A model generated the notes under the pieces. That model did no database searches. It saw only the letters and a program-made list of their open reading frames with translations, and had not been told where the DNA came from. From Balanoglossus misakiensis (taxonomy: Eukaryota > Animalia > Hemichordata), in contig CM082577.2 of the NCBI GenBank assembly GCA_040954595.2, positions 6,312,301 through 6,376,300 on the forward strand: a DNA stretch of 64,000 nt, in the 5' to 3' direction. The position numbers and the translations under genes are program-made. Below, in pieces: positions 52,101 through 64,000 of this stretch (the stretch's first letter is position 1; each line of letters opens with the position of its first letter).

Positions 52101-55100
52101 CATCAACTCGTGCAACGAAACTTTTTCTCTTTCTCAGCAGCAGAGAAATCTGCCATAATTCATGCGGATTCACCCTAAAGTTCTTCTACCTTATTTTTCA
52201 GATTATTGTTTGCTTGCCCAATTTCTGGTCGACTGAGCACATTCAGTGCGAGGTCGTGGCTAAACCTTGCATGGCTGGTGTTTGGGGACCTGTTGAGGCG
52301 GTTCATTCGGACCCACATTTGCCACCAGAAGTAGCAAACGTATCATCCCGAGTAGCCATAATATATTGTTTGGGTGCCTTTGTTTCTATCGCTGTGTTTA
52401 TTTTACCTTCATTATTTTCCTCACGTGTCAACGCGCATAAAGTTTTATGGCCAGGTTGACCTGTAGCTATCGCCCTTTACGACTATCGCTGTATGGTTTT
52501 ATGGGGTGTCCTGTTCAATATCAACCTAAAGAGGGCGGCATTTATACAATCGATAACTCTGAGCTGTAATTCATGGGTTGCCTATTATATGTGGATAATG
52601 TACTGATATGACCGCCACACAAATGTTGATGAAAACTTGTCATAGCGTGTTCTAAATCTATCTGCCACCAGTAACTCTCCCTCTGTGCGTTCTGAGACAA
52701 GACATAAATTCACAAACTACTACTATAGTGTAGGAAATATTCTTTATACTATGCCCCGGGGCCGGTAGCTAGTAGTAGTGTCGTTTGGTATTCACGAGAT
52801 TTCATATAGTTTTACCCTCAAGTTTTAGAAACTTTTAAAGCCGACATTGTCCTCCGACCTCGGTGTGATCTGTCAGTACATGTATAGGTTCCTTCAAGTT
52901 CAAATTGTAACTGCACAAGGGAATCGAACTTCTACCTTGTATACTAGAAAGATTCCAAAAAGGCAACTTATGTGTTAGCCGGTGGATACAGAAGGGTCAG
53001 AGGTCTAGCTTTTTATACAAGGAATTGCACCTTGGCGGCCATATTTAGTTCAACCCAAGATAGAGTACAAAAGCTTACGTCGCTTGTACAAGTGTAGTAA
53101 CACACAGACTTTCGCCTCTTGGTATAATAATATGACATAAGGCCAAATTAAAACATCTTGAAAAGACGCTGCCATTCTGAGACTCCGATGAATGAGGTTG
53201 GGGAAAAACATCGGAAAAACAACCTTCTCAAAAATAGAGGGCGCCATTGCGAGAAATTGATGATTCTCAACCATGTAGGAGGCGATTGTCTCTTTCGTAA
53301 CCTCACTGAAGTACGGCATGCAAAATCGGTACGAGTTTTACCCTATATAGCGCCCCCAGTGTCCATTTTATCTTTGTGTTCGTTTTGCTGAAAACGGTAG
53401 TCCGTATTTTCTACGGTGAAACCTTTAGGTTTGAAATGCTGAGCTCGTTTTAACTATTAAGGGAGAAATGAGTCAAATCTTCCAAAGAAAAAACTTGAAT
53501 AAGTTACAACTTACTTCGAAAGTCAGCAGCTTGCCGGGAGCAACGACCAAGATTCCATGAACTCCGAGGTCGACCAGAGAAAACGGAAATCCAGACCCTG
53601 ATAAAAGAATGAATGAAACAACGCTGATTTGTATTATTGAAACATATTTAAACATTCTGCATTTAAAAATCCTCATCCGCACATCCGATACACCTAAATG
53701 GTAAAGATTAAACTTATGCCCTATACTACAGTTGAAATCACTCCCATCTTCCGCCAAACCATACCACACGGCTCACTTTGTTTGCTAGAGTAAAAACAAT
53801 AGTCACTCCACTTCCATACACAAGAGGGCGTACTGCACATCAGAGCAATGTTAGTACATGCATGTACCACCACGGTCACAACACAGTTTGCCGTAGACAC
53901 TACAAGCATTTACATACGCATATTATTCATCTACGTCGAATGATTTTCAAAAACTAGATGCTCTCTCTTGAACCTAATAAATATGGTGTTTCAGTAAGCA
54001 AATATGTGTATAAGTAAGCACCACGAAAATCAGTTTTTTCTCAAGGTTATTTTAGATAATTCTTTTATTGAAATTAAGAATAGAAATTACAGGTAAACGA
54101 GCAAAAATTTGAATGAGAAGGCTAAATTGTTTCAAAATCGTCGCCAATCACTTTGTAAGTCTAAGGAGAAAATGTAAAGGAGCTATTTTTATGACGACAA
54201 TATCTTCAAAAAAAAAAAAAATTAATCAACATGAGGTCATGCGCCCTCTATCGGCAACCAAGGTTTTCCGCACTCTATTGATTCAATCGTTTAAAAATAA
54301 AGACAGAAGGCGGACTTTGATTCAGTTGTAAACGCGTGCATGGAGACATTTTTGCGGATTAATATCGATCTACTTCATCTGGCTGGACTACCTTGTAAAA
54401 ATTCCAACTGCCGGGCGCATCGACAAAAAATCGATAAACTGGCTATTACTACGCACGTGGACGGTTCCGTGTTTTTCTGCTCGTCGAAATTCTCAAGTGT
54501 TTACGGGTTATTTTTTGACAACTCACACGACGCTGGGACTGTTTTCGCGATTGTAATGTATGGCGCTGGGTTCAGGGTTGAACGCGTGTACAATGGCTTC
54601 ATTCTTCTCGCTCTCCACTCTGACACTTATGACCAAAATTATCTCTTTGGTTTCGTCAAATATAAAACGGAACACGCTTAGCATGTGAAAGAGGGAACGA
54701 TAGGTAGACGTAGGACTCGGACAGACGTCTTCTTGTAGTACTCCAAAGTTCCGTGAGAAGACACAAAAAAAACGCAAAACACAATGTTTTTGTGAGGGTG
54801 AGAATCACTGGGATAATCTGCACAGCGCAGCAACCGTATTACAAAAAGGGGGAGCTTGAAGCGTTCCCTTATATGTTTGTCGGGATTGGCTGTGTTTGCT
54901 CACGGCTTAAAGGATTAGTGGAGGTGTTTCGGCTTTAAACAAAGGAGTCATTGATATGCGATAAATCGGAACTGTTGCATGTGAAAGATCAGGGTCTAAA
55001 TATAGCTAGACGTCTGGCAAAACGGAGGATCGCGAACGATGCATAGGGTACTGCGTGTTCGAGATTTATGCGGGCAGCCAAACCGCAAATTTTCAATGAT

Positions 55101-55312
55101 AGGGATAAAGAAAAAATACAAACATAGACAGGGGGTGATTTCTTTACCGTTATACGTGCAAGGTGTTCAAAGACTGTGTGGACACAGCAGGATACGTGAG
55201 TTCTGCTGAGTGCGTCCAATCTGTATGCGTTTCCGATGAATTCTAAACTGTTCACCTTGTCACACGCATGGGAGGGGGGTGTTTGTCTTGTGTAAACAGA
55301 TTATGGACTTAA

Positions 55313-55342
55313 TGAAAGTTAACCCGATCGGGTAAACTTTCA
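55313..55342. repeat. 30-bp near-perfect palindrome
   Basis: TGAAAGTTAACCCGATCGGGTAAACTTTCA: 14 of 15 base pairs are complementary, with one A.A mismatch and no spacer. Confidence 0.9.
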
Positions 55343-58300
55343 CGGAGCTCGGCTATTTAACGCGTAAAATTACCATGATTACAGCACGCAAGCTCGGTTT
55401 TTGAGTGAGCGCCTTGTTCAACCCTTTCACAATCAAACGGCGTTTCTTGTGATCGCGGATCATTTCAGTGTGCATGTGTCTGCTGGAAAAAAAAACCACT
55501 TTTTGATGCGAGAGTGGAATATCCCCTCCTCTCTCGTCTGACTAGATGAAGCATGAATTATGAACTTACTGCTTTAACGCTGTCCACTTTCTAGCCGCTT
55601 TCAGACGATTGCGCCACAAACGCATTTCAGGTAGCACGACTAACGGGCAAACTTCTATACCTCGCTCATGTGCGCAAAAACACGCCATGTTTTCATTTCA
55701 ATTCTGTATCACGGCTTTCGATATCAAAATTGTCTCCATTAACACTAAGCAAACATCGACTTCGGTCGCACGAAAATTCGAGTGGTGACCCACATTTTTT
55801 TCGCTGGGCATTTCTCAAAGAGGTTGCCTGGATATTTTGCGCGCCGCATTTTTACGGAGATATTTTTCAAGTGTTTTGTTATTCGTCTGCGTCTTGAACA
55901 ACGTTCAAACATTTTGATTGGCCTAAAATGGTGACCTATAACCTTGAAATTGGTAAATTTTCCTGCGTAACTCCACATTCGAGAGGCATAGGTCACATAC
56001 GCAGACACAGCGACCCGACAAACTGTTATGCACGCAACGGGTATAGACGGACTGGCGAAAGATTTCACGAATTATTGTCGTTAAAAGTGAGCGCCACCCT
56101 TTTACGACACAGACACTCCCCTTTCTCCAGAGCGCGCGCGCGCGCCGAGGAAAGAAGTTGTAGTCTGCAGCTCTGTGTTTTCTTGAAAATCCAACTATCA
56201 CCGATCGCTGCAGTGTGTGGTGGGCATCTAAATGGAAAAAGGGTGATCGGTTTTATTACTTTTTGTGGTTCTAGGTAGTTCTCGTTCCATTATCATCAAG
56301 ACCGTTTCCCCATTCCCCCCTCCCCCCCTACTTACTCCCGCGTCTGAGCTCCCCTCCTCGCACGACAACGACGCATGCGTGTCTTCTCAAGGCTTAAAAA
56401 ACCTAGGGTCGAGGAGACAGGCGTATTAACATGCCACTTTAGACGATTGGATAAGAATCGCTTTTGAAAGACAAATCCGTCAAGTGCAGCGGATTACAAA
56501 CACTGAGGGCCTTGTGATATGCATGACCTCACGCCGAACGACGATTGATCATAGATCACGGTCACTATAGGGGGAACAGCAACATCAAAGGCCCCGGGTC
56601 AATTTGATTAATTGTTTTCGAATGTTAGTGTATGCGCACTTAACTGAGACTGTTGGTTTTTCCCGCACTCTAAATAAACGCGACCGTTTTTAAAGAAATT
56701 ATAGGTTTTGACACATAACTCCCTACGACAATGCAGCCCCTTCTGCAGCTACTTCCGTGGAACAGGGGGTTCAGATGGTACAAAACTCGGAATGATCATC
56801 AAAGTGGTGTAATTTATTTTCGTGGGTTTGTTATAACTGCTCCCTCCGTGCTTGTCTGCGGAAAATTGAGGATTTCATGTGGCCGCCGACTAGCGACTGT
56901 TCTCTCCAGCGTGGTTGGGTACAGGGAAGCGATCCCCGCAGGCGAAGGTCGTCGGAAACTTACAACTTGCAACACCACAGATGGGCACACACTTTTCACT
57001 GATGGTCCGGAGAAACACGGGGCCGGGGAAGTAGGAAACAAAATGATGAGTTGGAAATCAAACCAACGACTGTACAAAAAACAGCAGCCTGTATGTACAA
57101 CCTGCCACATGGCCTGTTTCGCCATCATTGGCACATTTTGCAGGATATGCATGCCTTTTTATATTTTCACAACTGCGGCAACAAACCACAACAATATATA
57201 CGACCCTCTTTAAATCTATCTGTATCGCGTATCGCCTTCCACCTATAGACGGGTCGTCTTCTAGTTCGGTATAGGTAGCCACTGATTCCCCGCTTATATT
57301 AGTATCTCGGGTGTGTGTGTATATATATGCGTGAGACCATATTGCTTTTATCTTATCAGCGTCTCCCCAAATGATTCGAACAACAGCAAAAAAAGATCCG
57401 AACTCGTGCCCACTAATCGTCGCTGAAAATCAACGGACAATCGCTCCGTTGTGATCCGCTCTGAATACCAATCCCACTATTTGTTCATGCTGAGACATTT
57501 TTGAAAACACGACGGAACGTGGTCTACCCTCCGCGAAGGATAATAGCCTATTCATAGCGTGTTGTTTTTTTCCCTTCAGAGAGATACACGCATATACATA
57601 TGCCGGCCAAGAATCTGAGCGGTAATAATCCAATAGTCAATACAAAATTCTATATATGACGGGTCGACACAGTAAACTAATATAATAGGACTTTACACAC
57701 ATATATACACACACACACGCGTGCTTATCTATAATTGAACTGAAAAATTAGACCGAGAATTATAAATAAAACTCTTCAATTTAACGCATGAATTGGAAAG
57801 ATGTGTCGTCGATCAGAATAGTGACTTGTTCAAAGCAGGAAAACCTATAAAAATCAAAGACAGCAGGTTCCGTTGATGTGTCTGTTTTGAATTCTATACG
57901 CGCGTGCTCTTGGATGTACGTACAATACACAGGCTGGCCATAGAAACGCTATGTGATTTATCTAGAAGAATTAAACAACCAATAGAAATTAAGAAGACAA
58001 AACTAATCTGAATTTGAAGAAAGTTCCATACCTAGTCCAAAGCACCACTAAAAGTGTTCTTCATGACGCCGCAGCCGGTCAAAAAAAATCTGACGGATCC
58101 CAAAGTCTCGGTCGCGATTTTGGCAGTGTGTCCGCCGTCCGTGCCTATGGGTTTATATGACATTGCTGCTGCAGTAGCGTAAACAAGTCCCCTCTGTTCG
58201 GCCAGCACAATGAGGCTCTCTTAGCAAGAGCCGTCCCATTCATAAACAACATTCCTCCGTATTATGGACGTTTTCGGGTTTCGCCGCAGAAAATATGGCG

Positions 58301-59280
58301 AAAGAAGCAACGCGCGCCCGAGAGAGATAACTACCCGAGCAGCGGTCCATGGTCGGGTGGCCCGGTGAACGCCACGCAAGGTCGACAGGCAGGACCGGGC
58401 ACCCAGGCCGGGTCAGATTGACCAAATGTAACGATATGGAACCACTAAACAGACTTATGGCCGCATTGTATGCTGACCCTCGTTTTTTTTTCTTCAGATG
58501 CACGGTACGATGAAAGGTGAGAACCCGCCTCTAGGACGGCGCAGCGAGCTGGCTATTGGCTCGGACCTTAAACATTGACATATCGGACATTCCGCACATA
58601 CCACGCTATCAGTACTGGATTACACTACACAATGCTGCACATTGACTAGAAACTTGTTGCCTCTAAGATAACCTTCCTTATATCACCAAGCACGGCATTC
58701 TTATTTGTCGCGCTTTTTCTCACGATGCTGAGTCAGAACCGAAGATTTGACTCGAAATCGAAATTTTTTTTTTTAAATCGGGAAAAATTACCTTTGAAAA
58801 ATAATTAAAAATAATAAGAGACAACCAGAATAGTACGATTAAAATGAGTGCCAAAATAATTTCTGAAAAATTGCGTCATATTATGAGTCATGGACCTAAA
58901 AATGAAACAAATGAAATGTCATATTATAACAGTGCACTATAGCCTACAAACCAAACTCATATTGCAACGTTTCTCGGCCCGAGTTACTTTAGGCAACCAC
59001 GTGTTTGTTTGTTTGTTTGTTTGTTAAATCCGCTATTGGTCAAATTTTTGACTGAGTATTAATGACAGAATGTTTTCAAATCTGCATTTTGTGAATTGAG
59101 TTTATTCTTTCCTGTGTAAAGTGTATTCAAACACATTGCACCCTGGCTCGTTGCAGTAAGACTTAAAGGCGCACGGAAGGTTAAAGGGGCCCTTTTCAAT
59201 CCCTAATTCTGGCATTGCCATTGGCAGACATGTGCATTACTTGTTAACGCTTTGCCAATCTTATATCCCCATAGATGCAC

Positions 59281-59621
<341 letters not shown>

Positions 59622-62600
59622 CATCAACGCAGCCACACCAAGCCACGTTTTCAAATAAGGTGCCAAACTTAGATATACGACACAATGACGGGAAATGTGA
59701 AGTTATTGCCGATAAACAACGCTCCCGGTGTTGTTTCGGTTATTCGTGTTTTTGCGAGAGGTCACGCTGTGTTCACTGGCTTGTGCGGTTTAAGACATAA
59801 ATCCTCCTCTGATTCACACGTACGTTACTTGTCGAGCAGACGAGGCGGAATGAGAATAAAACTTTGATTAACAGAAAGTTTTATTGTGTTTTTCAGTTCG
59901 CATATTTCAGTTCGCATACCAGGTGCGGGTGCGCACAGGTGGCTCATCCAACCTCGGCTACTGGTACAACCACTTGCAGTTGTCTGAGCTCTCAGAGAAC
60001 TGAACGAGTAAACAGAGAGCGGGGAGAAAGTAGCAATGGCGACGACTTTGTCTCTTGACAAAGTCTTGACGGTCCGCACAATTTGGAACGTACAATTCAC
60101 TTTTAAAGTTGTAAAAGAAACATGTATTCATTTGCACGCCAACCAGAACGTGGCACTTCGTGTGTCCACACACACAAAACGTCGAGAGTTTAACTTTCAC
60201 GTTCTGATACGCATGCACAAACGGGTGACACTGTGGCCAGCACCGACACCCACTCCAACCCACCCCACTCCCATTCGCCTTTCAAATAACCACTCGTGAC
60301 ATGTCCCATAGCTTCCGGCAAACAAATCTCTTTGAACTGGTCAGCATGGCGTGTTCATAGTAACCCCAGGCGCGAGCAAACCGTTCTGGAAGCATAGGTC
60401 ACCTTGAAACTCCACACAGGAACATGAGCCGCGTTCTGATGCAGATTTTATTTTCAAAACGTCCATCGTTATACATGCAATCAAACACATATCTATGGTA
60501 ACGATCGCAACCAGCGAATAAGAGGAGATCTTCAATGCCTTGTACAAAATCCACCTGTTGTTGAGGAACAAATTGGGCATTGTCGGGCAACTAATCGGAC
60601 CGACAGCCTGTCTGTCTCACCGGGACGTGTCTGTACGCATTCCAAGTGTCTGTACAAGTCCCAGGAGTTAATAAATATCCATTCTAGACATGTTACAAAG
60701 AGTGAGCTTGGTTCGCCGTTCACCAAATAGACAAAGAGAAATATGTTTTCTCTCTCTCTCTGCGCGTGAGCTATCAACGTGACCTAAGACACCTTTGACT
60801 CGCCCAGTAAACCGAACGCAGGTGACAATTTTTGTGAAACCGCTTTTCACTCGAATGACCTTGCCTCATCAGCCGTCATGATATAATCGATATGATGTCA
60901 TAACGTCGAAATCATGTCATCGTGCACAATTGCGTTAGTCACGCCTCAAAAAGAAGTACCGGAACTTGATGCAGTACAGAACTTTAGTTGCCAATTGAAA
61001 ACACTGGTGTATTACTAATTTACATTTTGCCTGCAGATGAAGCCACGCAGAAGTCAAAACCTGATCTAATGTTATATGTCATCGGTTCATTCTGTCGAAA
61101 CATCACAGAACTACTGTGATATCTGCTACAATCTCCCTTCAACACTAAATTTTGGCGATGAATTCGCTTCCCGCCCAAACGGAAAATGAGCGTGAAACAA
61201 TGTATGGCGCGAGAAAAAATCACTTTGGGTTAAACAAATGATGTTTATAATACCCAGTGCAACATACCATCTCGAAAAACCCCTTCAGTAAAACAAATAT
61301 TTTCTGCGATTAATGACAAGTTGTATTTTAATCAGATCAACGACTTTTCAACGAGACAGCGGTTACCTAGTTTCGTTTCGGGATTATGATAAGTCATATC
61401 TAAATATTTTTCGAAAGCCAGACTGGAAGTCATATATTTCCTGTGTAAAGGTTTTCTTTCCCGTTGCTTACATCGTCTGTAAGACAGTAATCTTTACACA
61501 TGTAAGTCTTACAATAACAGGTCGGTGGGCCTTCAGTTGAGAACCCGAATTCAGAATATTTAGTTTAATTTCATCAGATCCAGACAGGGGCATCTTATCA
61601 GTGGAGGTGCGACAGCTATGCATGAACTCGGGTAAAATACATGACGTTGATGTACAGGTTTGGCTGTCAGTCCGACGCGAATGTCTCACCAGTTCGGGCG
61701 TTGTCATGACTCTTGTTTGCTCAGCGGGACCCAGAGCCGATCGTTCACAGTAATTCTTTGTTAATTGAGGGAAATTACACGCGGCTAGACCGCACCGAGA
61801 ATTTTTTTTTGTCAGGGATCACGAGTGTTGACTTCGAACACTACGAGAAACATCCTTGCCCAGTCACAGGTGCATGCTTGTACGGACCGAAAGCGGTCTG
61901 ACGAATTCGTGTTTTTTATAAAGCAATTCCACAAACAACGTTGTTGTGTACACATCTGCAATAGTTATTGCTTGGGTGAGTCTGGGTGTTGAGCTATGAG
62001 AACAATGCAGGGATGAATCTGATGCCCAAGTTATGGGTACTAACTAACAGGACTTTGAAAAGTCCCATATTTTTAGCACGTTTCATAAAATAGCATGGAT
62101 CATGACACGCCTGACGAAAGAAAACATATACATAGGCCAGTTGGTTTTTTTCATAGGCAGATATGTCAGGCAGATTGTGAATGATTTGGAGTAAATAGCG
62201 TTTGAGATTTTATCAATTTGAACTACACCCCCACTTGAAGATGGGTGTCACTTGGAACTGGCAATTTCAAAAACTATTATGACTACACGAGGCCAAGGGG
62301 GTCGCGTATTGGACTGAAATGTTTCATTGTTCACCTTTACAACACTATCGTCCAATCCGTCGGCGACTTGTGCAAATTGTTGGGATTGACTGCTGTGTGT
62401 GGAACTGTAACAGTCGATCAGGCACGGCGGGGACCGAGCGCGAGGACAATGGGCCAGTGTTCTCGCATTCGCCGTAAACACCCGCCGTCACACCACAGCA
62501 AGTCTGACACCATCAAGCTCCCGGAGGATGACTAATGGCACTTCGGGAGACGGTGTAAAAAAGACAATAATCGACGCCCTGAATGTTTTTACCATTAATA

Positions 62601-64000
62601 CCGAACTTGGACAGGAGTCAACCTTTTTATGACGTTGCATATGCCTTTAAGTGCAGCTATGCGGTTTTCATAAGCTGGTCGGGCTTTTTCATTTTTGCGA
62701 GTCGCCTGAAAGGTGTTTTGTCAAAACATTTTCTAGCCAAGGTGACAAAACCCCTCTTCTCATGAATCAGCAAATCGACGTGCTTCTTGCTTCGCGATCT
62801 CAGCACGAAGCGGAGCTATAACCACTTTTGCACGAGACGATTTGATTCGCCAGCGATTCTAACGGCCCTGTCCATGAAAACCTTGTGTATACATCAGCAA
62901 GACTTCGGGTTTGGAGACGAGCATTTTGAATCTTTCTCCTCTTTTTTTTCAACAGTAGTATAAGCTTAAGGCACGCGTCAACCTGCAGTCAGTTTGAACC
63001 TAGCACGTTTAGATGCGTGTGTGTTTTATTGCCTCGTGTCAACTGAACCAAATGCCGCCCATTATGGTACCCTCTCCACCCCCTCGGGGGATGGTTTAGC
63101 ACACACACGCCGCGCAACCGATAAATCACGTTGAAATACACAGACTGCAAGCGTAGACCGGTCACTCCATAACGACTATCCCCAGGGAAAACCAAATACC
63201 AACGTACGTCCGTGCATACTTCTGATTTTCTGTGTCACGGAATTTTACTGCTATCAATCCTCCAGTTGCTCCGTATTTGGTACGACGGACGAGAACAAAG
63301 TCAGCACAGTCTTCTCCTCTCAATATATCACTCCAGATTCCAAACATGTTAAATTTCGAACATGAGTTTTGAAGGCAAACCTGCCCAAGTTACATTAAAT
63401 ACGATTCATTCTGTCGTTTTCTGAGAGAAAAACTCAGTCTACAAAAACGCAAGTCGGTCACCTTTCCCAGAAGATAACAGTTTTGCGTTCCGATTACACG
63501 CTTATACCTTCTCGTCCAAACCCTATTATAAGTTAAAAGGAGGGGGAGATGCCACGGGTTAACTGGAGTGTGCTACAAAGCTAAAGGTGGTACCAAATTC
63601 ATCAATGGTTGACGTTCCATGAAGATGCGACACGCTCACCTGTCCCATTGGAACTTTGTTTTCGATAAACGGCGTCCAATAACTCATCCCTGTCCAAGTC
63701 TAAATGCTCTTTTCATGAAGTGATGGTGCTTTCACTCAACCTACACTTGTCACCATTCCCAAGGCGGAGTTTAATACGGTATGTCTCGTGTGGGTGACAA
63801 ACAAAGAGAGAAAATATGCGTGTGTAACATTTTAAAAACAAATATTCTACATCGCGAATAGCACGGAGTCTATCAAAATGTCATAAAACAACTCGAAGTT
63901 CAAACAGTAATCACAACGTGGTTTAATGAAGTTGAGAGGAAACACTCAGCCTGTTATCGGACTGTGGGTTTTGGTATCTTTCATCAGAGTTATTTCATGG

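Noticed and set aside
56132-56145. (GC)7 potential Z-DNA tract
   Set aside because: Short and isolated, with no functional context.
57290-57735. Apparent inverted repeat of (GT)n(AT)n blocks
   Set aside because: The similarity is mostly low-complexity dinucleotide sequence and the interior does not pair.
53470-58753. Exact 13-bp inverted repeat GAGTCAAATCTTC / GAAGATTTGACTC, 5.3 kb apart
   Set aside because: Tens of such matches are expected by chance in 64 kb; no extension, TSD or transposase between them.

Overview
This is eukaryotic, metazoan DNA, probably from an invertebrate deuterostome. That assignment is an inference from the SoxE sequence, spliceosomal introns, mosaic CpG content and TTAA-flanked MITEs. 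Only two protein-coding genes are supported. (1) The first coding exon of a lipase maturation factor (LMF1-like) gene lies on the minus strand at 2511-2718; the remaining exons were not found and probably lie left of the window. (2) A complete two-exon group E Sox gene (Sox8/9/10 pro-orthologue) lies on the plus strand at 30579-30976 plus 31527-32517. The two genes are divergent, the same arrangement as human LMF1-SOX8. SoxE sits in a gene desert of about 28 kb upstream and at least 29 kb downstream. The desert holds microsatellites, TTAA-flanked MITE-like remnants, a degenerate foldback repeat, a 30-bp near-perfect palindrome and several candidate cis-regulatory modules. The other ORFs in the track look spurious. 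I found no rRNA, tRNA, CRISPR or autonomous transposon. I cannot support a wholly new biological system here; the most interesting signals are the ancient microsynteny and the non-coding architecture.
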